A stretch of 64,000 nt of DNA from the NCBI GenBank assembly GCA_036172245.1, contig JAYWIR010000015.1, positions 3,782,001 to 3,846,000 of the forward strand, read 5' to 3'. The notes below the pieces were generated by a model. It worked only from the letters and a program-made list of their open reading frames with translations, was not told the DNA's origin and did not search any database. The stretch's first letter is position 1; each line of letters begins with the position of its first letter. This DNA is from Raillietiella orientalis. Its lineage: Eukaryota. Position numbers and translations under genes: made by a program. Below, in pieces: positions 37,550 to 50,423 of the stretch.

Positions 37550-38550
37550 GACCGGATGTGCCGGCTGCACGTGCAGCGGTGAAGCGTCATCATCAGCACG
37601 TTGGATAGAAAAGGAAGAGCGGCGGGTAGGCCGTACTGGAGCGATTGGTAAGGAATTTCAAACGTACGCCTTACCCCACTGAGAGAAAGGATGAGGGGTC
37701 CGATGATGTCCTTTATGGACGGCATTGATGGCGATACTACGTGCTTAGGATCTGTTAATCCGCAGCGGATCAACCGCACTCGAAACAGATTAAGGGTAAT
37801 GATCTCAGAGCCGAGACGCATCATCACAAGAAAGATAGGTAGAAACAAAGGAAAAGACACGTCCAGGTGGCCTTCCACGTGGAACAGAGGATTTTTTTCG
37901 GTGGCTTCTTGAAAGCAAGACAAGTTGCTTGGAGACCCGTCAGGTGCCTCGTGGTGAAAAAGTGTGTGGTCCTGTGGCGGACTGCACGCCAACGTGTACA
38001 CTGCCAGAAGTGGAGGGTTCCCAGGCTTGTCAGGGGAGCCGCAGAGGTGGTGGGGGACGGGATGGGGCTTGAAGAAAGAGGGGGGCGCTTGCCGAGGGGT
38101 TCGGGATGGCTCGAGACTCTCCCGGAAGGGATCGCGAAAGAAAGTGCGTCTCCTTGCGATGGTGCTCTCCGGGTGAACAGGGAGATCGGAGGTCTCATCT
38201 CGTTTGAAGAACGCTGCTCCGAGGCTGCCATCCGCCTCGGTCCCGCCTCTGCTGACCATCTTCGGGCAGCCTTCACATGGATTCGAGTGGAGTTTCCGGT
38301 CCACCTGGGTCCTCGTGTCCGGTCTGCCTGCGGAGGATGGACGCAAGAAGCGAGGTGTCACCTCCATGGAGCAGTCACGCAGCATCCGGGGTGGAAACGT
38401 GGATAACGCCGGTGCCGAATGGGACTGCGACGTAATCCACGGACCCCAGTCGCGTCGGTGGCCGTGGTGGACCTGGCCGCAGGGAAGCAGCCATCCCCTG
38501 GCAATCTCGGGATCCTCTGCGAGCCCGCCGCCCGTGCCCGCCGAAAACTC
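37550..38550 (-). mobile_element. Decayed LINE ORF1/endonuclease junction (I/Jockey-like)
   Basis: PCGQVHH...QSHSA (knuckle-like), then LHFWQC...LSCFQEAT (xxQWN...CLQET). Confidence 0.4.
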
Positions 38551-39917
38551 TGCGCCCTTCCCATCCTCCCTGCTCTCAGTGACCTCGGTAACCTCGCCTT
38601 CCCTCGCCTTCGGGGACGAATCCCGAAGCCGTCGTTTCTGCCAGAGTGATGAGAACAGAAAATCCTCGGAGAAGAGCGAGGACAGGGAAAGGAGTGATGT
38701 TCCGACCTTCCCCTTCCTACTCAGGGATGCTGCGGGTTTATCGTGCGGGACGGTGGGGCCGCGGGAAAAGCAGCAGCCGCGAGGCGCGTGCTGGAAACCC
38801 AGCTCGAAAGGTCTCCCGCCCTTCTGGAAACCGGGATTCCTGCGCGGCCCGGCATCAGCTCCTGAATCCCGCCTACTCAGGCACCGGTGCGAATTCCCAC
38901 GGCCCCTGCATTGCGAGGAGAGGAGCGCGGGGGAGAGAGGAAAGCACGCAAGAACGGCGATTCCGTGCGCGGACAGCTTGTCGAACGCGTTCCCTCGGAA
39001 GCGGACGTCTCCGGAGTAAGCGAAAGCTGCTGTCGATCAGAGAGGTGCCTTTTCCTCGTCTTCTTCCTCCCTCCTCTCCCATCTCGAAGCGGGAAGGTGG
39101 AAGGGGATGCTCTTGAATTTTCAGCCGCAGGAGGAATGGACCGGCGCGAGCCGCCGCCGAGGAATTCCTCGCAGACAGCAGCGCGTAGGAGGAGGAAGCC
39201 CTGCGATTCCGTGTGTCGCTCCCATCCTCCCTCTTCCCGTTCCTCTTTCCCGTATAGAAAGGCTGGGATCTCGAAGGAAATGAAAGGGGGGGGGGAGGAA
39301 GAGGAGGAAGCAACACGTAGAAGCGATAGAGAAACCGCGAAGCGGCCTGGAGATCAATCAAAGCGGAAGACGCGCGAACTTGGAAAAGGGCAGACCTATA
39401 CTCAGGGTGGGAAGGGAAGGGGGGAGAAGAGGAGACGTCGGGCTTCGGATGCATGCGTCTGCTGTTCCTCCCCCTCTTCTTTCCAGTGCCACGGACAGCG
39501 GTCAGAGGATCCTTCAGCTCGCCGTGCTCGCGAACGCCTGCAATTACGAGCAGCTGACTGATGGCTGGAAGGTGCGATGACGGAAAAATCGATGCGCTCT
39601 CATTAAGGCGATCCACGCGCCACGAAAATCATCCATTAAGAAGGATTTCCCTCCTCCTTCCTTCTCTTCCTTCCTCCCCCTCTCCTCCTCCTCCTCTCCT
39701 TTTTCCCGGAGCTCGCCAGTGATGCTGGAAGATTGACTGCGATCTTCCAGGAGACGGGCTGCGTCTCCACGTGATTGATTGCCTTATAATTGTTGCGCTC
39801 GCTAGCTGGGGGTATTCCGTAGGCGGAGGCTCTACTTCTTGGACAACCATCCCGCGAGCCTCCAGGAAGAAGGGAGAAAGACACATTCGGGGGCTGCCGA
39901 GCCAGGAAGAGGACCCC

Positions 39918-40587
39918 TCGTTCGCCTACCGGAGCTCTTGGACGCCGATCCACGCCACCCGAGGGCGCGCGTCAGCTTTTCAAGATAGGGGCATCCCGGA
40001 AGGGGGGAACATCCTGTGGATGAAGGAGTCTTTCCCTCTTGAACTTGGGAGGTAACGCTGAAGGGGAACCGTCACCTTTCCTTGTTCTTTCCGGAGGGAT
40101 CCCTCGGTTTGTGAAGGCCGCTCCTGGAGTTTTCTTCGTCGGAGGGGAACCCCAAGGAGGACCACTCCCTATTTCCTCCTCCTCCGAAGAGAACCCTGGA
40201 GGGACGTTTACGAATTTTCCCTGAAGGGTCGCTCCCGAAGGGAGCAGCGCGCTTCTTCACACTCTGGAGAGGTACCAATCAGCTCCGTGGTGCTCGATGG
40301 ACGGTTCCATTCCGACAACCGGAGGGGAACCCGGCTCTCTGATTCCCGGAAGGACCTCGAAGGACTGACTTCGAATCCCGGCATCCAGTCAACGGGCGCA
40401 TCCGGTTTCCACGAGTGCCGCACCCGAATAGGCCAACCAGCGACATCCTGCGGAAGGGGGGAACTGGAAAAACCCACGACGACGCACCCTTGCGTTCTTG
40501 GCGTCGATCCTCCGGGTGTGGGGATTGGAACCCGCGACATTTGGTACCACGGGGGGAGACCGCGACCACACGGCCGCCAACGTGGGC
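39918..40587 (-). mobile_element. SINE-like repeat, copy 4
   Basis: Reverse strand: GGTTCCAATCC head, GGAGGATCGACGCCAAGAA, core CCGCAGGATGTCGCTGGTTGGCCTATTCGGGTGCGGCAC, CTCTCCAGAGTGTGAAGAAGCG, CCCCTATCTTGAA; internal deletion in the 3' part. Confidence 0.85.
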
Positions 40588-40849
40588 GTCCGTAGCCGCA
40601 CGGCCGTATTCGCTTTCTGCTCGCCCTCCGATGGGAGGAGGGGCGGAGCGGCACGGCGGCGCAATCGCGTCGCGCCGCCATCTGCTCTCTAGAGGGCTGC
40701 GCCGGGCTGGCCTCCTCGAAATCTCTCTTGGGCCTTCCAGCAGGGGAGGAAGTCGCTGAGCTTGCAGATCCCCGACCTCATAGCGACCCCTGCGTCCAGC
40801 CATAGGACGCCCACTGGTGTGGGCAAGCAACTTTTGCCATTGTCAATAC

Positions 40850-43450
40850 TCCAAGCATCCTATCAGCGCTCGGAGAGTTTTCGACGACTCCAAAAGTCGC
40901 GCGAAGAGCGTGGGACTCCGCGTTAGCGCCTGGGAAACATTCTCCTGGAGAATCTCCGTCTGCAAGAGAAGGCAGCGCCTACGCAGCTAGGAGGGCGACC
41001 CAACGGGGGGGGGGGAAGAACTGAGAACGAAAACACCGTATACACGCACGCAGAGACCGTCGCTTTTAGAGAAAGGTGGGAGCCAAGAAGAGACTAAACA
41101 ACAGTTGAACTCGGTTCGATTTTTAGCATTCCTCCATCCATAGAAATCGTGGATGTTCGCTGACCATTCAAGTGAGACACCACGTTGGGTGTAAAGAAGA
41201 CATCCATGGAGCAACGACTGTGGGACCAGAATCCGACTACGATGCTCCTCTTTGCGAGCACCGCATTCGCAGGAATCCTTCGTTCTGGAAATACTTGGTA
41301 GATGAAGAGGGGATGGTGCTTTTTGATCCGATCGATTCCTTTCCCAATTTAACTTCAGATCATCATCTTTATGAACTCATTCCATCCTCTCGCATCGGAT
41401 GAAAAGTTCAGGGGTACATTCAGAGCGGCAAACTTGCGTATTTCAAAATAAGCGGTTCCATCACCCTGAACAGAATACCAACGCAACGACCGGATGGTGG
41501 AGGATGCCTTGAGGGAGTTTTCGAAAGGCCGGGAGCACGAGGAGGAGAAGGAAAAAGCAATCCATCTACAAAGATTTCGCATTCATGGCGGTCACAAACA
41601 CTGAAGACCATCTCCGTGCTCCCAGGAGTCTTTTTCTAATGAAGAGCGACAAAGAGCGCGCACACACCAAATCGAAATTAAGCCAATGAAAACGCAATTC
41701 GTGCAATAACGTGTCGGCCCAACGGCGGATGGGGGGCTCCCCCGATACGCGCGTATCGGTGTGTGCATCCACATGGACGCGTGTCAAAACACTGACACAC
41801 AGGATTAATCAAAATCAAATCATTACACGAGAAATCTGCGGGCGATTACGGTCGGTTAGCAGCGGCAATGACAGTACAAACGAATCCGTGGAAAACATGG
41901 ATTGGGGACTCGTCTGCAGCATCACGTGATCTACGGATAAATCACGGGGGTTACGTGGAAAAGGGAAAACTCGTGCCAAACCGTGCATCTTATGGAGCAG
42001 ATTCGCTGGACAGCGGGGAAATGCGTCTGCATCAGGACACAGTGTTTGAACAAGCTTACTGTGAGGGATATCCGTGTGTGCGCGTGAGTGCACACACACT
42101 GAACACCTCTGGAACATGTGCTGCCGTTCATGCATATCATTATCATTGCATGTAAATACCAAAGCGTGTCTGTCCCGTAACAAAGTGACTTCTATTTGCA
42201 GCAGGGGTTCTTCCGTAAGCTAAAGGTAACTGGCGGTCAGAGAAAGAGGGAGGTTTCCTGGAATTCCTGCGAGGTGGTGGAAGTTGTGATAAAAAGGCGG
42301 AAATCGATCGAAAATGCAGAATGTGAGAATTCTTCTCTCCCGCTCTCCCGAATGCGATGAGCGCATTCCTGCAATGGCTATTCTTCGTAGAAAAGATACG
42401 AAGCTGGCGGGGGATGTCCAATGAAGGACGTTTATTGCAATAGTTCTGCTCCAGTCTCCCCCCCTAATAGAAACACTCCAACCTCTCAGGCACAAACACA
42501 GCCGGAAGAATTAATTCCCTCGTTAGAATGTATCCACGGTGTGGGCGCAGACTGCGTATTCGAGCACAGGACACGGAATCGCCAACAGGGACACCCTGCT
42601 GGCAAGTAGAGAATAGGCTAAACGTTTGCCAACAAGTTGAGTGTCTTCTCGGTCAACCAGTAGCCAAGGGTGGAGCGCACGCCGGTGGCAGCGCTTCCTA
42701 GGGTCCCGATCGTTTTCCCTAATGCTGTTCGTTGGACTGAAAGGGCGGCGGACCGGGAAATCCAAGAACCCACTGGCAGTCTTTTTAGTTCACCCGACCC
42801 GGACGCTCCCTTATGCCTATCTTGCCAAACTGCCATGCACGAAACCCTTTAGGAGGGCAAGCTGAGGATGGCTGTTAATTGGATTTCCGCTTCAGTAGCA
42901 CAGAGCAACCTCATACTCAGCTGAAGTGTCCCGTTGGCTTCTGGAGAATTTTTTCGGCAGCCGGATCAAGGATTCCCAAGGTCCTGCCTTTCTAGGATGA
43001 TGACCGTGTGTGCCCTGCATCCCATGGAGTGCTGGTCCGGATGCAATCAGTTCCCAGGTTTCATAGAGCTTTAGCCGGCGACGTTGCATGGGACGAACGA
43101 AACGCCCTTGTACTCTGCACAGCACTGCACTCGCCTGCCGGAAGGACCGCAGGGACCAGGAATCTGAAGATTCGCTAATGACAGGCATTTCGTTCCACTT
43201 TCCAGGGTGACTCCTCACGAGGCGACTGGATCCGTGCAAGTCCCCTGAAAATTCATGCTTCGGTTTACTGCCGGGGCTCACAGGTGGCACGGGGCTCATA
43301 CGACAACGGCCTCAAGACTCCAGCTCATTGGCCCCGACGCCAGAGATGTCCCACGACACAGTCACTCTGTACCTTCCTTCCGACAGTGCTTGCAGCAGCC
43401 TTTCTTCATCCGGAAAAACTCCTAGGAGTGAAGCAGCGGGCAGAGTGCAC
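40850..43450 (-). mobile_element. Decayed Ty3/Gypsy pol (RT, RNase H, start of integrase), interrupted at ~41700-42550
   Basis: SPVPPV...FSGDL (SPxVxV...CGDx), RQASAVL, PWLLVD...RLAYSLLA (DASxYG), then after the gap VCARSL / SLEKD / VFSVCDRH (ASRSL, EKE, VFxVxxFH), IRSLRW, HGCLLYTQR (DGxLLxGxR). RT-RH-IN order is Gypsy-type. Confidence 0.6.
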
Positions 43451-43899
43451 AGACACAGATGTGCGGATTTCGAATGGGAAAAGTCTCTGCTCCCACGAAA
43501 AGGGCGGCTGTTCTCAGGTGAACGGCAAAGAGCTTGGCCACGAGACATCTTGGCTGCAGCCTCGGAGTCGCATCCGCACGAATGCTCGCGCATCGGAAGA
43601 AGGCGAGCAGGGAGGCGGAAGGAGGCGCCCGGTGCGCCAAATTGGCAGGACATGCCGAGGCTTGCTTCCTCGTGTTTCCTTCTCCCGACTACGGAAGAAG
43701 TGTGGAGCCTCTTCCTGCGCGAGATGCGAGCCCCGTCCAGCCCGGGTCTTCTGCAGGAACCGCAGCGCTACGAGGGGGCAGTGGCGGCAGTGATTTTGAC
43801 TTTGCCGCCTCCTTGCGCGCACTTGCATGCGTCGTCGCGCGACTCACGCGCATCCTCACACCTCGTAGCAAGTCTCTGGGGTGACAGTGCGTGGGCACG

Positions 43900-46800
43900 T
43901 GCAGGCTTGCTAGCTGCACGCAAGCAGCGCGAGCACACATCGGTCCACGTGCGATACTTCAAGGAGGAGAGCACGTCGGGGGGAGTGCGGAGGAAGGGGG
44001 GGAATCTCAGCTGAGGCGTGCGATGGCATGCCCGACGCCGGGAACGAGGGAACTCGGCTCCTCGCGTCTGCGCGCGTGCAACATCGCGCCGCCGCCATCG
44101 CCGCCGATCGTGTGCCAGCGGCTCGGTCGGGTTCTCGTGGCCCACCGGTGACGTCATCCCCTTCCGCCGCGCATGGCGGGTATCTGCGGAAGCGAAAGCG
44201 GCGGGCTGGAAACGGCCTCGTGGCGGAAACGGCGGGAGTACTCATGCGCACCCGGGACCGCAGGGGGAGCACAGCCGCCTGGAGGATCGGACACTTCGGC
44301 CGTGATCCCGCGTGCCGACTGTGCGTGTCCCGCTCGCCTGGCTCCCGCTTCACCTTCCGCGTGCTTCTCGGGAATCTGCGCTTCTCGTGGCGGCAGCCGC
44401 AGAAGGGAAACCGGAGGATGCCTGCCAGCTGAGTCAGCGCGGACCATCCTATAGTTGGTCAAGATGCTGATCTTCGGGATGCTCTTCCTCGCAGTCCCGG
44501 CATGTGAGTTGGGGGTGGGAAGCAGGGCAAAGCGTGGGACCGTGGTCCCCGGACCTCCTGGCGAATGGGGGCGCGTCCCTGTGCGGGATCCTCGTTCTCA
44601 ATCCGCCTTTTCCCCTCCGAGGCACGCCCTCCCCTCGCGTGAGTTCCGTGGGGCGGGGCGAGCGAGCGAGGCGATCCAAGGGACCTCTGGGAGTACGAAG
44701 GGGCCTCCTCGCTTCTAAGCAGCGAGGCGAGGTGGACGGATACGCCCGCACTCTCCTTCCCTCGAGCTGCTCGCGGGCCGGGGTCCCGCGGACGCTGGCG
44801 ACCTTCCTCGCTCCCGCAGCCGCCCTGGACGACCCCTCTCGGGGGGGCTTCGAGGATGCTCTCCTCTTTCTCTCGGAGGAGGTCCGTTCTTCCCGGCCGT
44901 TCCCCCCTCGCCTGCTCCAGCCAAGGGGGTCGCGACTGACCCCTCCTGCGCTGCTCCCTCGAGCTAACCAGTTGGTTCCTCCCCTTCCCCCGCAGTAGGG
45001 CTCCGTCCGTATGCTTCCGTGCGGGGTCCCCCCTTCCCGGGGAGGCGCGCTCGCCCCCAACACGCAAGGCAGCCATCTTTGCGAGGACGCACGCGAGTGT
45101 CCCCTCCTCCCGGAAGAGGGGCATCGCGGGACCGTGGCGGCCATCCCGCAGGGCTGCTCCCCGTCTCGGAGAGCGGGCGAAACCGAGGCGGCGGGAGGAC
45201 TCCCTGCTTCCCCGCCGTCTGGACCAAAGCCACCGCGGCACACGGCAATGCAGCCGCCCCCACGCGGTGCCTCGGGGCGTTCGCAAGGGCGTCGGGCCTC
45301 GGAGAGGCCCCGGGCTAATAGTAGGCGCCCGTCGTCACCGGGGCCAGGCGGGACGTCCCCGCACGAGACGCGCGCTGGCGGCATCGAGGAGTAGAGAGGA
45401 TCGCCCTCCGGGCGCTGGCCCGCCAAGCGCCGTGCCTCGGGGATCGCGGTTCGTCCTCCTCCCGCTCCATTCCAACGTCGCATCAGGAGGGACGATGGGA
45501 GGAGCTCTCCCGGGAGGGTTGCGAGCGAACATTGCGTATCTTCCGGGAAGCGTACGCGGGATGCCACCCTGCGTTCCTCCTTCCCGACCTCCTGAGATGG
45601 CTCGGATCGGGGAAGACCAGGGGAAAGGACCCCCTGGGGGCAAAACGCTTCCTTTTCCCGGTCGCTGGGAAGAATACGCCAGAGAGCCCATCCTTGCTTT
45701 CCTGGAGCTCTCCTCGCGGTGCGCCCGTCGCAGAGGCTGGGTGAGTGGCGCCTCCCCCCCGCACGACTTTCCGCTTCACATTCCGCCCTTCCCGACCGGG
45801 AGTCGATCCCCCCGGACGGGGAGTGCCAGACGACCTGGTCATCCAGCCCTCCGGCCCTCCGGGATCCTCCGGCGCCGCGTTGCTGCTGTCCCGCTTCCAC
45901 TGCGCTCTACGCGCCACGGGGAGGGGGGTTGGGGACGCAGGGAGCTCTAGAGACGCCCTCCCGAGCTTTCCCCTTCGTTTCCCACAACAGGACCATCCGC
46001 GGGCGGCTCGCGCCTCCAGGGGGACGGGATGGGACGATTCCGAGTCGGTCTGCCCTGAAACGGGGGAATCCGGGATGGCAGTCCCTTTCAGAATCCCGGC
46101 GGGAGTTTCTCGACGCACTCCTGGAAGAGCTTCCCTGGTCCCTCCGCCACCTCCGGCTTCCCTGGGCCTCTCCGGAGAGCGGGGGGGAGGGAGGGGGAAG
46201 GGTGCAGAAGCAGGCGCGGCAGCGCCCGAGGGCGCAGCCCGGAGACGACCCGCAGTGGCATCTCGGCGCCACTTCCTGCCGGGAGGATCAGGGAACGTGC
46301 CGACCTTGCGCCACCATGGCATTGCCCTCATCCATGCCGGCCGGCCTTTCGGGCAGCGGCGGGACTCCCCAGGAAGTGAGGAAAGGAGAAAACCCACCCG
46401 GGAATGCTGCGGAACGGCGCCCTCTTTTCCATCCCGGTTCCCGTTTTCTTCCCCCTCCCCTCTCCCTCCCCCTCTGTTTTCGAACTCCTCGGATGGAAGT
46501 GGAACGAGGCAGCGGGAAGGAATGGGCCGAGAGACCTTCCTGGCAGAGAAACTCCCCCCGACCTTTCCTGTCCACGCAGCGGGGTCTCCAGGAACTCCGG
46601 ATCCAGTCGGGATTACTACACGGCTCTCGTGGCGGTCATCCCTCAAAACCGGGAGGCGCCTCCCTCTCTCTGCGGGCCGTTCCACTCCCCCCCTCTTCGC
46701 ATCTCCTCTACAGGAACTGCGGAGGGTCTCCGCCGGACTCCTGGGACACGCGCTTCTACCCCCGGGCAGCGCTGTGTGACTCCTTGGCCGGGGGAGGTCC

Positions 46801-47750
46801 GACCCTGCTCTGCTGCCCAGACCTCCCCAGGAGCGGACCCCGGACGGATTCCGGCAACTTGTGATCTCGCGGCTGCCCTTTCTGGGACTTCTCCCGGAGG
46901 TGTCCCAGACTCGTTCTCTGAAGCGTCTTGATGCCGTTACTTAGAGCCCTCGAGGCAGCCTTCCTCCTCGTGACTACTCCCCTCGAGGGCCGGGGACCAA
47001 CCGTGGAGAGATCCCTTCGCGCTGGAAAAGGACGGGACGGGACTGCCGTTCCTCGGAGGAGGCGAGCGTCCTCCAGTTGGCGCCTCGTTCTCCGGCTCCC
47101 TCCGGGATCCATTCTTCCCTCCCGGACCTGCCGCCGTGCGCCTGCGTGAGAGCGCACCCGTCGACCTAGTGGGCGCCTCCCGCGCCAGGAGGCTCTCGGA
47201 AGATCAACAGGGCGAAGGGCGTGTCGGGCACGGATCTCGTGGGAGGGGGATCGAGGCGTATCTTCCTGGGGTTTTCCTCGCTCGACTCCTTCCGGGCCGC
47301 CCCACTCGCACGCGGTAGCGGGCGGAGAACTCCATAGCTGCCTGCCACGGACCCATACGAGAGCGTCCACGGGCTTAGCTCACTCCTTCCCCCTCCTTCC
47401 CCACTCGGGGCGCTCACGAGGAGTCCCGCGTACGAGCTGGCTTGGGGAAGTCCGCGGCTCCTCAGGACCGCACCCCCGTGGTCCTTCGGAAAGGCGGGCG
47501 CTAGCGGCCAGGGCTGAGCGGCGGAGCAGCGATGCCGCCGCCCTCCACCGTCGGACTCGCCTTCCTCCAGGGGCGGGGAGGCGCGCGGAGCAACAATAAG
47601 ACGATCCCATTGATGCTCCACATCTCCGCCCTCCATTGTTGCACTTTGCTGCTTTCTGGGCGCCGCCGTCCCCCGCGCCGAGCAACCGATCAAAGTGCAC
47701 CGCCGGGATCTGTACGGGTACTTCGGGAAGGCAAAGAGGCCGGCAGTGAC
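43900..47750 (+). mobile_element. Long decayed L1/Tx1-type element (ORF1 traces, endonuclease, RT)
   Basis: ORF1-like CNIAPP and WRIGHFGRDPACRLC; EN-like NIAYLP and FTFRPSRPGVD; RT-like VAVIPQ, LEAAFLLV (EKAFDxV), GSRKINRAK (SGxKINxxK), AYLPGV (YLG). ORF2 part better supported than ORF1 part. Confidence 0.55.
44464..44503 (+). CDS. Candidate first coding (signal-peptide) exon of the Beat-like gene
   Basis: ATG...MLIFGMLFLAVPA + T then consensus donor GTGAGT (44504-09) in phase 1, matching the phase-1 acceptor at 50035; spliced product MLIFGMLFLAVPAYVDC-IRL resembles a signal peptide. No transcript evidence. Confidence 0.45.
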
Positions 47751-50034
47751 GGGCAGACGCGTGTCCGAGTCGGGAAGATCCCATCGATCGGGGAGAAAAC
47801 GAGAGCAGTGCAATGCTTAAAAGGCCAGAGTCCAGCCGAAGCCAATTTACGCTGATGAAGCTAAGGAGACGAGATGGCAGGCACCGCGCGAAGGAACGGG
47901 AGGAGAGGGAGGGAGACGGGAGAATCTCGTCTTTCTCAGAAACTTCCAGGGACCGAGTTCGGGATCCATGGGCAGCCCGCCTGACTCGGAGGTGAGCGAG
48001 CCAGGCGGCGCCCATTCAGATGCAGCTGCGACGATGCAGACTCTGCTACTTCCTGGGAGCAGGAGCTTCCCGATTTTTCCTTTGAGATGGTGGATTTCCC
48101 TAATGGGTTTCCTCTGGTGCATATGGGGCAGCGGTGGGGTCCTTGCCTGCTGGGTCGCTTCCACCTCGGACTCTTGCGGCTTTCCTCGAACTTCAGCGTA
48201 AAGCGGCCCGGCAGATCTGTTCCTTGTTTTTCGCAGCGCCCGAGCGACGATCGGTCGTTCATCTTGGATCCCAGCTACTGTCGCTTCCGTCTCCGTGGGG
48301 TCGTTGAAATTTGTCGCACGGAGGGGAGCGAGATCCGGAGGTTGCCAATGATGTCGACAAAGGTCTTCCTGTCTCCTTTTCCTGGACGTTTCTTCCCCCC
48401 ACTCTGTTCCTGAGCTTCCTCTGGAATCCTCTACTGGCGGCCTACGGGACACCCGAACCACTCCTCCAGGAGGTCGGCACCCACATCGGTCCAGTGGGAA
48501 TTTCTTGCTGGTCTGCATGTACCCGGATTTTCGGTCTTTCCGGGAAGCGGGCTCGTGCGGCGCTCTGGAAAGTGCAAGCGCGTGAATCGCAGTTGGCGGG
48601 ACGGATGGCGGTGGGGGAGGAGAGCAGCGTCTAACCTCACTTCTCACCCCGTAGACCTTGGTCAGAAACCGCAACCGATCATTCCGTGGAGCCGGACCCG
48701 GATCGTCTCGGAAACGGGTGGTTAAAGCGACTCGTCAGGAGCTCGGCGCGGAGCTCCCAGCGGTCTCCGACGCCTGAGCCTCGGAGGCGTCGAGTGTTTC
48801 GACGTCAAAAATGTCCTGCCGAGCGAAACCATTTTCTCGAATTTATTAATGGATGACTCGAATGCGTCAACGCATTTAGTTGGGAGTGTTTATCCAAGTG
48901 AGCAGCACTGTTGACAGAAATGACGCCTCTCGTCGCCTTCCGCCGAACATTCCACAATTTCGAGCGTGGTTAATTGGAAGGGGATCACCGGAACGCAAAC
49001 ACACCCGAGTCGCATCGGGTCCGTGAATATTTAAAGCTGCTTAGCAGCGGCCAACGAGCAAACAACGGGAGGTCCGTCGTTTGCCCCTTTTGCGTCAGGG
49101 AACCTTGCGCTGTGCAGGGTCGCGCGGAGTAGCAACCGCTCCAGGCCATCCTCGCTTGACCAAAGCGAACGAACGCCGTCCGCTGAGCTCCGGACCCAGC
49201 GAGAGGCAGCGAGCGCGGATGCAAAGTAGCAGGTGCGTCTCCCGGACAACAAGCGGGTGGGTGCACCTGACCGTCACCCGGGGTCCCAACAACGTGGTCC
49301 GGCACGATCGATCCCATCCGTATTTATGCGGTTTGTCGGTGACAACGGGCGTTCCATCGAGGAGAGATGCATGCCTGAGCGAGGGGACCAATGGATCTCG
49401 ATGGCCTGGACCATTTGAGCTTGCCATCAGCGGTTCGTCACGTGTGTGTTCACTCCGTCATGCCAGCCGCTCTGGGAGGGAGCGCGGTCCAAATCGGACG
49501 TGTGCAGCGTATGCATGTGGAACGGTCTGCGCCGCTCTTATTGGCGAGAACGAAGGAATGGTTTTACAGTTCCACGAACATTTACGAGACGTTTCTGATT
49601 TCATGCTTTCTTGAATGTCTTCCCCGAATGGTCCCAGCGAGTACCCTCCGGTTCTGGTGTTTCGTTTCATCACGGATGCATACTCCAACGCATACGTTTC
49701 TTTCCTTCTCCCCTCCCCCCCTCTTTTTTCTTTTGCTTCGAATACTTTATTGCCGTGCTTTAACTGGTTTCCTGGACTCGCATGGAGTTGCTGCCGCGTT
49801 TTCCGAGTCTTTCGGGTTTCCTGAAGAGATTTAATTTAATTAACGAGTTTCCCATAAATTTGGTCTTCTTTGTTACCAGAGCGTTGCTTGCGTCTTGCGA
49901 TGTGCGCCACCCGCTGAGGGAAGTTGGCCATGTCTGTGAACTTCGATGGGCAGATTTCCCCGCTGCAAGAAAGTTGCACTCTCGCGCGCCGATTTTTCTG
50001 CTTTCCTCCCCTCTCATTTGCCGTCGTTTTCCAG

Positions 50035-50240
50035 ATGTTGATTGCATCCGCTTAACCAGAGTTCGCATTCCTCCGCATATACTGAAAGGAGAAAACGCGA
50101 AGCTGCTCTGTGATTATGACATGGAAGGAAACCTCTTGTACTCCCTGAAATGGTACAAGGAAGACAGGGAATTTTACAGATATCTCCCGAGGGACGATAT
50201 GAGACCTCAGACATTCGACGTTGCAGGTGTTATAGTTGAT
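50035..50240 (+). CDS. beat: Beat-family (Beaten path) Ig-superfamily protein, internal exon encoding first half of the N-terminal V-type Ig domain
   Basis: Pyrimidine tract plus ttttccAG acceptor (50033-34); translates (D)VDCIRLTRVRIPPHILKGENAKLLCDYDMEGNLLYSLKWYKEDREFYRYLPRDDMRPQTFDVAGVIVD, matching the Beat signature CxYD...LYSxKWYK...EFYRYxP; donor GTGAGC at 50241 (phase 0). Family-level call only; paralog not identifiable. Confidence 0.92.
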
Positions 50241-50287
50241 GTGAGCAGACTGGCGAATGCTATTTAAAATACATCTTCCCGTTCCAG

Positions 50288-50423
50288 GTTTCCTCTTCCA
50301 ACGACAAAGAAATCACCCTCAAGTCTGTTAATCTCAACACTACCGGTCTTTACCGCTGCGAAATTTCAGGAGAAGGTCCAGCATTCCCTTCGGTCAGTTA
50401 TGACGCGCAGATGGTGGTTGTTG
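50288..50423 (+). CDS. beat: Beat-family Ig protein, exon encoding second half of Ig domain 1
   Basis: ttccAG acceptor at 50286-87; in-frame VSSSNDKEITLKSVNLNTTGLYRCEISGEGPAFPSVSYDAQMVVV with the Beat-type GxYRCExSxExP motif; donor GTAAG at 50424 (phase 1). Not in the ORF track because it lacks a start codon. Confidence 0.92.

Noticed and set aside
44449..46864. Long ORFs (344-483 aa) on both strands
   Set aside because: Arg/Gly/Pro-rich overlapping frames caused by stop-codon scarcity in GC-rich decayed LINE sequence; no coherent domain.
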